Shown piece after piece: positions 51,500 to 64,000 of a stretch of DNA of 64,000 nucleotides (position 1 is its first letter; every line of letters starts with the position of its first letter). The DNA comes from Octopus sinensis. Its lineage: Eukaryota. Under the pieces are notes generated by a model. The model saw nothing but the letters and a program-made list of their open reading frames with translations. It made no database searches and was not told where the DNA came from. The position numbers and the translations under genes are program-made. The DNA is taken from positions 35,960,001 to 36,024,000 of the forward strand of contig NC_043004.1 of NCBI RefSeq assembly GCF_006345805.1, given 5' to 3'.

Positions 51500-54400
51500 A
51501 AGAAGCAACAAGAATGGATAGGTTTTTAGTACGATCGTTTCATACAAGGACAGGTTTTATTAAAAGTTGCAAAGATTACAGCATATAAACGAGTCCCGTA
51601 CTCATCAGCTAAAATACATGTAAGTTCTCTAGACATCCTAGTGTTTGAGGCTATACTCATGAAGTAATGTAGATAATTAAACAGATTTCTAAAGTTCATT
51701 AAGTTCTTTAAGATGATGTACAGTCTTATCACAGAATTTTAAAAAAGTTTTGATAGCATCACAGAGAAGGTGACCTAATCCATATGAATTTCCATAGATA
51801 TGATGAGGGATTATATACTCACAGAAGACAAATTTATCCATTGTTAATTACAACGAGGTGGGTCTCAATTCCTGCTTATTAGCATTACAGAGAGGGTGAA
51901 TTAATCCTTTGTATATATGCACAGATTCCAATGGTGTAGATGTAAATTTCCAGAGAAATGGAGATGAATTTCATATTCACAGGCGATAAATTTTACAATG
52001 GTTGAACACAATGAGGTAGGTATCAATCCTTGTTATATGATTAGGTATTTGCCACATTAATCACATTACTGCTATTCACAAGAGGCTGTAGCTATTTAAC
52101 TCTTAAAGGCTGAAGGGCTTACTAGATCGGCCAAGAATAGAGAAGGGAATAGAAGAAAAGAGAGAAAATGGAGGAGGGAGGCAAAAGGGGGGGGGGGAAG
52201 GGGACTAAAAGAGAAGAGAAAAGGAACAGAGAATAAGAAGAAGAAAAAGAAAAAAGAGAAAAGAGAAAGAAATAGGGAAAGAAGGGAAAAAAAGAAAAAG
52301 AAAAAAGAGGGTTCTAGTTATACAGAAGAGTTAGTAGACTGTAAGTCTGGTTTTAATCAACAGGCATCTAGGAACTAGAGGAGAATATTATTCTTTGACC
52401 AGTAAACCGTTAATTTATTGCTGTTGAAATCAGCTATGAGTTTAAAGGAATCTAAAGAGATAACACAGTCAGGGGTTAAGGGGTCAGATGCTAAAATCAC
52501 CAGAAAATACATTAGGAAAATCTAAGTATAATCTTATCAAAAAGTCATTAAAAATTTACTTATTTAATTTATTCATTTTATTGTCTTAAGGAGTTGTCGT
52601 TATTATTCATACATTGACTGACTACAGGTCAAATCTTATAAGATCATTTACAAGGTGTTAGGGGATTGTCTATCATAATGAAGATAATCATATTATCACC
52701 GAGGGAATAGCCTTATTTATTTAATTATGAAATAGAATTATGGGGCTACAGTAACTAATTATAATTTATTAGAGTTATGCTATTTAAATTAGATTAAGTT
52801 AGGAATTAAAATTAAATATTACAATTAAGATTTAAAATTAAGAATTTAAAAAAAATTGTGAGTTTGAAATTAAATAAAGCCTCAATTAAGTAGCGAATAA
52901 GTACTATTCATTTCCTGTTCTCAAAAAACTGATGCAGATATAAGGAAAAAGATAAAGATAACTGTAATGTGAGAACTCTTAGTTATCTACTTAAAGCAGT
53001 GCTATACTAGTAGAAATCAAGTTATATCTATCTATCTAGTTATGAATATTCCAATCATTTAAAATATTTTAAAGTCTTCAATTTAGCGTGGACACAAACT
53101 TGACCTAGTTCGATATGGTTATTCAATAAGTTTCTATGTTTACTATGCTTTAGAATTTCGTACGTCTCCATGGAGCATAGTTGACAACCAACCCTACTAT
53201 TTTTATACGGAATTGCTCTCCTAACTATTTCCCAATTAAGGGTATAATTTTTATTATTATTTTTGAGTTCCCATTTTGTTTGAAAGTGTGGTGGTACCAG
53301 CTTTATGACGTAATTTAAAAGTCGAGATGTGATTTCTAACTCTGGCTAAAAAATTAATTGTACAGCCAATGTAAAAATATTTGTTATTCTCCGTGGATAT
53401 GGTACATTTATAGATTACATTATTTTCCCTACATAGACCAGGTGCCGGGCATTTTGATTTTATTCTACACTTACACACAGGAGGAACAACTTCAGGCCTT
53501 GGATTATTCCTGGGTAGATGTTTAAGGTTCCTATTATTTTGATTATCATTTCTATAGTTGGTGCAGATATCTAAAGTATTGTTATTATTTATTGATCCTT
53601 CTGTTTCATCATTTAGGTGTAAAGTCCTACCAAGATTTCTTATATTATTCGTAATGTTATTATTATTGTTAGTCTTTTTATCCAACTGTATATTATTGTT
53701 ATAGATATCACTGATATTTTCATTCTCCTTATTTTCTCCATTAGCCTTATTTCTATTATTTCTATTATTAACAATATTACTTCTATTAATATCGGCATTG
53801 TTATTATTACTATTAATGTTAATGTTATTAGTCATTCTGTGGTTACTAATTTCACCTATGTTTTGATAGTTCCTATTGCTGTTTTTATTGTTGGTAGTAT
53901 TATTGTTATTGCTATTGGTATTCATTCTGATATTATTATTTTTATTTCTATCTTTCCTGGCTAGTTTAATGTTGTTATTATTAATTTTAGCTATTAAAGT
54001 GGACATATTTGGGAGGGTTGAATAAGAAATCCTAACTGTTTTCCTAGAAATAATTCTATGATATCTATGAGAGATAGGGAAATTTTTTTCCAGAATCACT
54101 TTGAATTTGTTCTGTTATCCGATTGTATCGCACAGTTGAAAGGAATATTCAGCCATAATATATCTTTTTTATAAAATTTAGGGTTCGTAGAATTACTACT
54201 ATTCATCTCACCGGAGTTATTGTATTTATTACCATTATTTTTATTTTTATTTGTGTGCATCTTAGGTTTATCTACTTCAATCTTATCCGAGTTACCTATG
54301 TTCTGGTCAATGCTTCTATTTGAATTGTTGGGCCTGTACTCTAGATTAGCATTTACCGTTAATTTAATTCTACTTTTATTTCGGGCTTGGTCTTTTTTGC

Positions 54401-54535
54401 TGCTTACGTGATTACTGATAACTTCATTATTAGGAATACGTGAGTTCTCTTATCAACGAATGTAATCTTTTGGTTGTATCCAGCCTTAGTTAACGCCGCA
54501 TTATAATGCTCAGAATGGGAGTTAAATATATCCTT
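51500..54535 (-). mobile_element. Naiad-type Penelope-like element, 5' truncated (thumb + Asn-rich linker + GIY-YIG + long 3' region with hammerhead)
   Basis: ORF 53257-54099: HRYHRIISRKTVRISYSTLPNM...CKCRIKSKCPAPGLC..VIYKC..YIGCT..RVRNH; continues frameshifted as NWEIVRRAIPY..GCQLCSMETYEIL to ~53060. Confidence 0.88.
51524..51614 (-). ncRNA. Type I hammerhead ribozyme with intact core
   Basis: TTTTAG CTGATGA GTAC..(long loop)..GTAT GAA ACGATCGT A CTAAAA: 6-bp stem I, stem II, palindromic stem III ACGATCGT, GUA cleavage triplet. Confidence 0.85.
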
Positions 54536-54564
54536 ATTGGATGATAATTTTGAAATTCTTAATG

Positions 54565-54756
54565 TATATATATGTATATATGTTATATATATATGTATAT
54601 ATATGTATATATATATATATGTATATATATAGGTATATATATGTATATATGTATATATGTATATATATGTATATATGTATATATGTTATATGTATATATG
54701 TATATATATTATGTATATATGTATATATATATATATATGTATATATGTATATATTA

Positions 54757-54792
<36 letters not shown>

Positions 54793-54973
54793 TGTATATA
54801 TATATACGTACATACATACATACGTACACCACACACACACACACACACCACACCCACAACCACACACACACCACACACACACACACCACACACACCACAC
54901 ACACCACACACACACACCACACACACCACACCACACACACCACACACACCACACCACACCACACCACACCACA

Positions 54974-55015
<42 letters not shown>
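54565..55015. repeat. Compound (TA)n / (CACAC)n / (CA)n tract
   Basis: Directly visible; truncates the Naiad element. Confidence 0.95.
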
Positions 55016-55020
<5 letters not shown>

Positions 55021-55579
55021 TATGTTTATATGTGTGTATGTATATATACAGAGAGACAGACAGCAGCCAGGAATGGATGCTATTTGGAAACTGTTATATG
55101 TAGACAATCTGATTCTCAGAATGGAACAGTCTGAGGGACAGCAGAAGAACATATCAAACATTGAAAAATTGTCTTCAATCTTAAGAGTCTAAAAGTCAGA
55201 ATAGAAAAATAAAACAAAAAAAATCAACATATTGCTAATTGGTATCAAAATATAAAATTTCACTTTCTTCTAGGAAGTGGTCTTGCTCAATGTGCAAGAT
55301 GAGATAAGAACTCAATACTGTGCACTCAACACCAATAAATTGGTGCTCAAACAATACTTCATGCAAGTTGATATATAATTAGGTGGATTTAGGGCTAGGG
55401 TTTTTGATTGTAACCTCTCAATCTTCAAAAGGCAGTCCTGCAACCTTCTTGCTAAACAAGCTGCACAGATGATTTGTCTATAGCAATCAAATGCTTGTGA
55501 TGTTTGTGCTAGCTCACTCACTCCATCAAATTGACATTCCCCATACAGGTGCACAATGTGTTACATGTCAGATGTACAA

Positions 55580-55810
55580 GGTAGCGTGCTGGCAGAAACG
55601 TTAGCATGCCGGGTGAAATGCTTTGCCGTATTTCATCTGCTGTTACATTTTGAGTTCAAATTCCGCCGAGGCCAACTTTGCTTTTCATCCTTTTGGGGTC
55701 AATAAACTAAGTACCAGTTATGCACTGGGGTCGATGTAATTGACTTAATCCCTTTGTCTGTCCTTGTTTGTCCACTCTACGTTTAGCCCCTTGTGGGTAA
55801 TAAAAAAATA
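55580..55810 (+). mobile_element. Full-length Meta-like tRNA SINE
   Basis: GGTAGCGTGCTGGCAGAAACGTTAGCATGCCGGG...GAGTTCAAATTCCGCCGAGGCCAACTTTGCTTTTCATCC...CCCCTTGTGGGTAATAAA. Confidence 0.88.
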
Positions 55811-56881
55811 AGATGTTGAAGTGATTGCAGAACAGTGTGAGACGAATTGTTTTGCTTAACACCCTGCTCAGCCCAGGAATCAAACACAGTCTTGCAATCA
55901 TGATTGCAGCACCCTACCCACTAAGCCACATGACCCCATGAAAGGGTTTATGGAGGATTAACTAGCCATAGGGACACTGAGGAATTGAAGTCTAAAAAGT
56001 GCTCTTTGGAGTGAAATATATAGCTGATGATTAATATTATTGAGATGACTTAATACTTGGAATGGTTGAGAAAATCCTGTGACCAAAGGAAGGAAGAGGT
56101 TTCGAGAGTTGTTGGATTGTTGTCTAATAAAAGAGGAAGAATCTGTGAAGTATGTACAAGAAACGTTATCTCGTTGACAATATGTATATTGAATGAAGAA
56201 GATTAGTGAAAGTGAATGACGTCCTTGAGTTGAGTGTGATCCATTGGATGTGAATGAGAGAGAGGATTAAAGACATCATTTGCCATATTCCAAAGAGACT
56301 GCAGCACTGAGAGAGATGTTATCATGCCACATGGAAACTTACAATATGCTGCCAGTTGAAGGTAATCAGAAGGGAAAAGATCAACGAAAATACCAGATGT
56401 GATGAGGCCAGACTCAATATGTTCATAAATGAGATAAAGTAGAACAAAGAAGAGAGTGACATATATGACAGGTACATAGTGAGACAATAGTAACTTGTAA
56501 AAATAAAAGACAATATCAAGAGAATGCTAATATTTCATTTTTGCAGAATATCATATTCTTTAAAAGATATCCATTGATTAATTTAGAAAAAACTCAAATA
56601 GCGCCAGACAATTTTCTTAATTTATTTACAGTTTTTAAAAGACTGAATCATAAAGCCAAGTTTAGATTTTAGTAATTTGAGTTGTTTAAATATCTTTACA
56701 GAATATTATATGGAAGTTTCTGAAAATATTTGTGAATTTTATTGTTATTTAACATGTATATTGTAACCGTTATATATTGTAATGATATTCTAAGTGTAAC
56801 ACTATATATATATAATATATAGTATTAACTATACCTATATATATATATATAATATTATCTATATCTATATCTATACACACA

Positions 56882-56927
<46 letters not shown>

Positions 56928-57126
56928 GTATTGGTTTCCAGGAGACCCAAGATGGTAGGTAAGGCTGTATAAGTGGAATGGGAGGACTGTAGTTAGACCT
57001 CTCGGTTTGATAATAGTACAAGTGAGGATCCTAATGAAGGTCTTGTGTGAGCATGTATAAGTTAAATAAAATGAAACAACAAAACCGAGGCTGTGTGGAA
57101 TTTATAGGACATTTAAAAAGAGAATG

Positions 57127-57180
57127 TTAGTCTTACAGCTGTTTCTGGGATATTAGGGATATCCCTTCATCAGAAACTAT
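57127..57180 (-). ncRNA. Type I hammerhead motif
   Basis: TAGTTT CTGATGA A GGGATAT cccta ATATCCC A GAA ACAGCTGT A AGACTA; palindromic stem III, GUA triplet, A.A mismatch at the base of stem II. Confidence 0.7.
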
Positions 57181-57461
57181 ATGAGAGAGTCAAGTAGAGG
57201 GAAATAGTAGAGTTCAGCATAAGGAGTTATTTTCGAAAGGGATGGATATAGGAAGTATAAAGTGAAATAAAGAATAAAAATAAAAGTAAAAAATATATGT
57301 AGGATGTTACAGTTGTAGTTCCATTATCCAAGGAAAGTGCTGTGTAGAAGGGGTGGAAACCTTTCTAGCCCATGCTATGTAGATTTCGATAGGAGTTCAT
57401 GTTTTGTTATTACGAGTGAATATATTGAATTCTACTATTACCCTCTAGTTAACTCTCTCAT

Positions 57462-57505
57462 ATCATCTCTGATGAAGGGATATCCCAGAAACAGCAGTAA
57501 GACTA
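57462..57505 (+). ncRNA. Type I hammerhead motif, partly decayed
   Basis: CTGATGA A GGG ATAT CCC A GAAACAGCAGTA AGACTA; stems I and III damaged. Confidence 0.55.
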
Positions 57506-59454
57506 CTGTTCTCTTTATAAATGTCCTATAAATTCCACACAGTCTTGGTTTTGTTGTCTCATATTATTTAACACACACACACACACAATACACTCACTTA
57601 TATGAACTTTCGAGAAGGTTTATGAGTAGCAGAGTAATCTATGTTTCCGATTAACCTAGGAATGGAAAATGAAATTGAAGGCTGATTATTGGGAAGGTCA
57701 ATGCACTTTAATGATCATAGAACATATAAGTTTGCAAGCGGTGCCAAGTAGAGCTACTGAAGTGTTTTCGGAGTAGATTATAGATAATGGCTACAAAATA
57801 TAGTTGTTTTACATGAAAGCAAGATTTCTTGTCAGAAATGGCCACATAAATGGTGTAATGAAATTGAAGGAAGACGTTGAAACTTCCCCTCTGCATGGTT
57901 ATTTTTTTCAACAGCAAAGGGAGCTATTTTTTCAGAGAGATACGCTAACAAAAGTCCCTTTATTCTGTCTTTCTTCATAGCCAGCACATAAACTAACAGT
58001 GATTGCTGCATAAAGTTAAACTGGCATGAAGCTTTCTGAAACATACGTATAGCTTTCGCTAATGGAAACAAAACTCAGCAGAGTTATGATGTAAGCACGC
58101 ACTAAAACCCCTCATAACTTTTTTGTTTTTACAAATATTTACAAAAGTTTATCGATTCTATCTTCTGCAGAATGGAATTGATACGATTATACAAAAAAAA
58201 TTTTTTTAATTCCCCACCCCGCTGGCTGTTTTCTGCATTTCTGCATGTGTAGGTTTATAGTGGAACAGCAAAAGGATCATGGCATGTAAAGCCCTCACCA
58301 GGAAACTCGATATGCTAAAAATAATGGCTTAATGTCCGGAGAAGTTCTGTGTTTGTGTGTGTGCACATGCAACAATTTCTACAGCCTATCTGAGTGAACA
58401 GAGAAAGCAGTACAGAGAAATATATTTTACATACCAGTCATATACAACGGTTTTGTTTTCTCACTTTAAAGGTAAACGATTCTGATAGGCGCAGTTACCT
58501 TGCTGTCAATTCTTTGGATAAATCCCAACAAAATACTACAAATCCGTGTAATTTAGTCAAAAGAAACAGATAGAATAAGTACTAGGCTTACAAAGAATAA
58601 GTCTTGGGGTCGATTTGTTCAACTAAAAGTGGTGCTCCTGCATGGCCACAGTCAAATGATTGAAACAAATAAAAGAAGTTAAAAAATTACAAGAATGATT
58701 GAAAGTTATAAAATAAATGTGAAAGTCTGTTGCTTGACATGTGACAGCTCACTGGTTGCAGTCATATCTCAGGGTGATACAACCAAAAGCTGTTGTCGTG
58801 ATTCAATTAAGCTGTAGTTGTAATGACAAGGATTAGTGGTTCTAATGATGCAGCTCAACTCAATGCTGGGTCTATTGAAACAGCCAAGATGTGGTTGTCA
58901 TGAGAACACAACTTATTCTTGGTTGTAATACAACAAACGTGGAATTGAAATGAGACTTCAATGATAGCTGTAATATCACAATACAATGTTAATTACAAAC
59001 TTGATAAAGTTTTATGTGAAGTTATTCTTTTTCATATTCCCTAGGAACTTCCGGCTTTCCAATTTTCTAGTCTTTAATCTCTGTAACATCTCCTGGTTCT
59101 CTGGTACAGCTCCTCTGTTGTTTTCCCTTGCAGCTCCTTCAAGCCATTTATCTATGGATTCCTATGCATCGATCCAGCCATTAACAAACAATTCCCATAG
59201 ATTTATTTTGACTTTTTTCATATTTTTCTTTTAAAAATAATTTTGTTTCAGTTCAATTTATTTTAGAGATCTTTTATCTCCACATTTCTTTTTAAATGGA
59301 TGTTTTGAGCTGTAGACATTACTTTTTGAACGTCTTTCAGGAGTTGGATGTTTTAATTTGAGAATGTCTGTGTGTACATGTGTGATGTCTGCAGTATATA
59401 TATATATATGTGTGAGTGTATATATATATATATGTATGTATATATATATATATA

Positions 59455-59730
59455 TGTAGGTCCCGGGTTGATTCGGGGTTAACCACAGTAAATGAGGTAC
59501 TCAATACATAGCAGAGTAAAATTAATTTATTATATAGAAGGAGCTTCTACAGGACTAGAACTGTTCATTCAAGAGAAAAATCTTCAGGAAGCTAGTTAAC
59601 AAGAATTGTATTGGCATTTATACATTTAGGCAGGTTTAAAGGGGTGTTGGTGGGGGACTTTTTGGGGTAGGCATAGCGCAAAAATATCATACTTGGGGGA
59701 GTGGTCAAGGAGTCAGTGTTTAATTAGATA
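59455..59730 (-). mobile_element. Penelope pLTR-like segment with degenerate hammerhead (59542-59593)
   Basis: AGCTTC CTGAAGA ... GAA CAG ttctagtc CTG TA GAAGCT: stems I and III pair, one core A is missing, stem II is poor. Confidence 0.5.
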
Positions 59731-59819
59731 GAAGAATAAAATAAAAAAATAAAAAAATAAAAAAAATTATATATAAAAAAAGGGGAATAGAGTTTTAGGT
59801 AAATAAGGAGATTCTCACT

Positions 59820-60270
59820 TATACCTATGCACACATGTATACATACATACACAACATACAAACATATATACATATACATACACACATACATACACACACA
59901 TATATATAATATATATACACTTACACATACATATACATATCTACACATACACATATATGTATACATACACACACTCACATGCATACACGTATACATACAT
60001 GTATATATACACACACGACCACACATACATATACGCACAGAAAAATATATATACACATACACACACATACTCACATACATGCATACACACATCCACAACA
60101 CACATGCACACACAGCAACACACTAGTCCCTATATACACATATATACACATACACACCATATACACACAATACATATACATACATGTATATATATATATA
60201 TATATACATAGGTGTACCTATGCATACCTACACCTACACACATATATATAACACATATATATACACATAC
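59820..60270. repeat. Degenerate (CA)/(TA) tract
   Basis: Directly visible. Confidence 0.9.
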
Positions 60271-60274
60271 AAAT

Positions 60275-61600
60275 TTTTTTTTTTCTATGACGGATCCCAC
60301 TGGATCAACAAAAAATCTGTGACCCCCTTCGACGTCAGCATGGGTGCTAACAACTCGCTGAAATAAGTGACCTAGTGGGCCTTTTCATCCTCCATAGGCT
60401 GAAAACCCTATTCACAGGCCTCTCGGTGGTCTTACCTCGATGACGGCCTTTTCGCCCTCACACAAAATAAACCCAGGACCACGGATGGTTCCGGAAAAAT
60501 CTTTACACCTTCTTTAAAAACTTAGGCCTTAGGATTACCTTAGAATCCAACTTAACTAAAGCTAACTTCCTTGATGTCACCCTCGATAAAAACCTCACTT
60601 TATTACCCGTACCACAAACCGAATGAATCCCTTAAATATATAGATATTAATTCCAACCAACCCAAAAATATATTAGATAACCTAGTAAAAAGTGTCTCAA
60701 TTAGATTTTCTAGCCTGTCCGCCACGGAAGATATCTTAAGGCCGCAGCCCCCTATTACAACGAGGCCTGGCCCGCAGTGGCTTCAAAGATAAGATTACCT
60801 ATACTAGTATAGCCCCACGCCAACCCAGGAAAAATAGACGAAGACACATTAGCTGGTACAACCCCCCCTTCAACCGTGAGGTCGCTACACCTGTAGCTAA
60901 AATCTTCTTCACTCTCCTACAGAAACACTTCCCCACCCAACATAAGTACTACACTATCCTAAATAAGAACACTATTAGACTCTCCTACTCTACCACGCCC
61001 AATCTAGCCAGGAACCTAGCCAACAACAATGTGAAAAAACTTAACATATCTACTTTTTCCGAGGCCCATCCAACGTCCGATAGCAATTGCAACTGCCCTG
61101 ATAAAACACACCTGCCCCCTCAACAACAACTGCCTACAGAGGGACTAGTATATACATGCGAGGATAAGATCAGGCCCTGACGATAAAAGAAAATCCTACA
61201 TCGGAATGACGTCAAACAGCTTTAAGACCGTTGGTACGCACACACACACTCGTTCCGGCGACAGGATAAATCCAACCAAACTACCCTCGCCGCCACATCT
61301 GGTACCTTAAAAGGAACTCCATCCCCTTCAAGACCAAGTGGAAACTACTACAGAAGGCGCGCTCGTACACAGGAGGCCATACCTGCTGTGACCTCTGCAT
61401 ATCGGAGAGCCTAGAGATCTTGTTCGCCAAAGGCCCCTCCTTAACAAAATCTCAGAACACTCCCCAAATTGTATGCATAAGGAGTATGCGAACTACAAGA
61501 ACTATAGACCTACCCAGCAACCAGATTGATGACACCCCACCACAAAACCCCCAATCCCACCGTTCCCCTAGCACCCCCGATTACATTTTCTCCTAAGACT
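60275..61600 (+). mobile_element. Naiad-type Penelope-like element remnant (RT core to GIY-YIG), frameshifted
   Basis: FDVSMGA, .DLVGLFIL, LDDGL, NFLDVTLD, YHKPNE, WYNPPFN, NKNTIRLSYSTTPN, CNCP..CPLNNNC, SYIGMTSNSFK, CDLCISE across frames. Confidence 0.9.
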
Positions 61601-61619
61601 TTCACATATTTATGTGCAC

Positions 61620-62132
61620 GTGTGTATAGTGTATCGTGTATATATGTATAGAAATGTATGGGTTATAGTAGGAATATACACATGTATTATGTGTGTGTGT
61701 GCGTGTATGTATGTAAAAAAAAATATAATATATGTATGTGCGTGTGTTGTGGTGTGTGTGTGTATATATATATGTATAGATGTATGTATGTATATATGTG
61801 TGTATGCATATGTATGTGTATATGTATGTATAAAATATTATATAATTAGGGCTTAGTAAAATAAAGTACTTTGCCAATACTGAACTTTCTAGAAATAGCA
61901 GCCAAAAAAGTTTTTTAGCCTCCTCACTACTTAGGAATATTTTCCCTCAGACATTGTTACTCATAAAAATAGTGGTCCTTTTACATACTGAATAACGTGG
62001 TGAAATTAACTTTACCTCAATTGTTGATATATGATATGTGTTGTGTATATATATAGTGTGTGTATGTGATATGTGAATGTATGTTATATATGTAGTATGT
62101 ATGTATATATATATATATATATGTTTGTGTGG

Positions 62133-62187
<55 letters not shown>

Positions 62188-62426
62188 GTATGTGTGTGTG
62201 TATATGTGTATTATATATGTATATATTTATATATATGTATATGTATATGTATGTGTGTGTGTATATGTATATATGTGTATATATATGAGTGTACGCGAGT
62301 ATGTCGATGTATATGTAGGTATGTAGAGTTATGTGTATGTGCAGGTATGTGAGTGTAGATTACAAATTGTAGATGGTTATATATATGTATGGTATATACA
62401 TGTATATAGGTATATGTATGTGTGTG

Positions 62427-62459
<33 letters not shown>

Positions 62460-63582
62460 GCGAGTATGTAAGATATAAGTATGTGCATGTGTATATATAT
62501 GTATGGGTATGTGTATGTATGTATATATATATATATGTGTGTGTGTGTGTATGTATGCATATACGTATGTATGTATGTATGTATATGTGTATGTATATAT
62601 GTGTGTAAGTTGTGTATATATGTAAATGTAAGTGTTGTGCGTGTATGAGAATGTATGTATGTTTGCACACATGTATATATGTGTGTGTATGTGTATATGT
62701 ATGATATATATGTATATATATATGTATATATATATATATGTATATATTGTGTATATGGTGCGTGTGTATACATGTGTGTATGTGTATGTATGTATGTATA
62801 TATATGCGTGTGTATGTGTATATGTACATATACGCGTACGCTCGTGTGTTTATGGATATGTAGGTACGTAGAGTTATCTATGTGTGTATTTACATATACA
62901 TGTGTGTAAGTATGTATATATATATATATATGTGTAGTGTGTGTGTATGTGTGTATATATATATGTATGTATGTGTATGTGTATATATATGTGTGTATAA
63001 TGTATATTATATATATAAATATATATATATATATATGTGTGTAAGTTTATATGTATGTATCCGTCTATATAATAGGTAACTGCACGTACATATACTTAAT
63101 ATTTATTATTTATTTTTTGAGTATGCATGTAGAATAACTGCGCGTATATATATGTTACTTTTACTTATTTTTTGAGTATGCATGTAAGTATGAATATAAG
63201 AAGAAGCGCGTGTGTGTGTGTGTATGTGTAAGCATAGATATATGTATACTTTTACGCATGTGTGTACTTATGTGTATAATGGATGCGCACGCGTGTGTGT
63301 GTGTGTGGTGTGTAGGGTACGATGTACATGTGTATGTGGTGTATGAGTATATGAGTATGTATGTATGTGTGTGTGTATATTTGTATATGTATATGTATAT
63401 GTATGTGTGTGTGTATGAATATCTATATATATATATATATATATATGCGCGTATTATATGTATGTATGGGGTGTGTGTATGTGTATAAATGTATGGATGT
63501 ATGTATGTATACGTATGTATGTGTATGTGTGATATGTATGTATGTGTATGTGTGTATATATGTATATGTGTGTGTATGCGTA

Positions 63583-63627
<45 letters not shown>

Positions 63628-63850
63628 ATTGTATGTATGTAGGTATATGTATGTGTGTGTATTTATATTTATTGGTGTATATATAGACTAGCCTTCTAAG
63701 AGTGTAGACATGAATCTGTAGGTACGCGTACGTATGTGTATATACGTGAATGTATGTATGTATGTATGAATATAACGCGTGCGTGCGTGTATGTGTATGA
63801 GTGTACGAATGAGTGAGTGTACGTGCTAAAGAGTGTGCGTGAGTGAATGA
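61620..63850. repeat. ~2.2-kb degenerate (TG)/(TA)/(TATG) microsatellite field
   Basis: Directly visible; source of the many C/V/Y/M/I-rich spurious ORFs. Confidence 0.95.
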
Positions 63851-64000
63851 GTGCTTGTTTCCAGTAGACATATAAATGGACTGCTGTCATAGCCAAGATG
63901 TTTGTGACCAAGCGGCCAAGATAACAAAAGTAATAAACGAAGATATATAAAATTAAAATTAGGGAATGGGTCTGTATTTGTATGTGTATATATAGTGTGT

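Larger units (their letters stand above)
57061..57572. mobile_element. Inverted-repeat element (~155-bp arms, ~200-bp spacer) with outward-facing hammerheads
   Basis: 57061-57218 is the reverse complement of 57423-57572; each arm has CTGATGA A GGG..CCC A GAAACAGC(T/A)GTA AGACTA. Confidence 0.85.

Noticed and set aside
55930-56550. Possible LINE endonuclease remnant on the minus strand
   Set aside because: Too degraded to support a motif-level call by eye.
57600-58320. Possible Tc1/mariner remnant
   Set aside because: Only a weak SD(K/E)-like motif and no paired TIR identified.
58450-58480. Pyrimidine tract + AG|GTAAAC resembling a recursive splice site (similar at 45285)
   Set aside because: No defined host intron; such motifs are expected by chance.
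53060-61600. Selenoprotein-encoding Naiad (known in some invertebrate Naiads)
   Set aside because: The conserved Cys positions I read (CxC, CP..C, CxLC) translate as ordinary Cys in both elements, with no in-frame TGA there; no SECIS recognised.
54534-63911. Many long ORFs rich in C/V/Y/I/M/H/T (also at 224-701, 29485-30219, 36738-37064)
   Set aside because: These are translations of dinucleotide microsatellites, which lack stop codons in several frames.

Overview
AT-rich, microsatellite-dense eukaryotic DNA. The SINE and LINE repertoire looks octopodid-cephalopod (inferred from recalled repeat families, not from a database search). I cannot recognise any intact host protein-coding gene. Most ORFs in the track are translations of (TA)n/(CA)n/(TG)n tracts or broken retroelement ORFs. 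Main content: (1) a nested retrotransposon block at ~37-55 kb, in which a full-length Tx1/L1-group LINE (39381-44648, 16-bp TSD) sits inside the putative 5' UTR of a full-length RTE LINE (~39097-50895) whose 3' UTR has expanded into a 2.4-kb higher-order tandem array; (2) three remnants of Naiad-type Penelope-like elements (RT/thumb plus GIY-YIG); (3) nine type I hammerhead-ribozyme-like motifs from several sequence families, one with an intact core (51524-51614). Several lie in inverted-repeat elements with outward-facing ribozymes, including a head-to-head tRNA-derived unit carrying a hammerhead (14989-15778), the most unusual structure here; (4) many tRNA-derived SINEs (Meta-like and CORE-like), RTE 3' ends, TTAA MITEs and an R4/Dong fragment in (TAA)n; (5) a few candidate plus-strand exons/microexons, unconfirmed. 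Repeat boundaries were read by eye and are approximate unless a TSD or motif fixes them.
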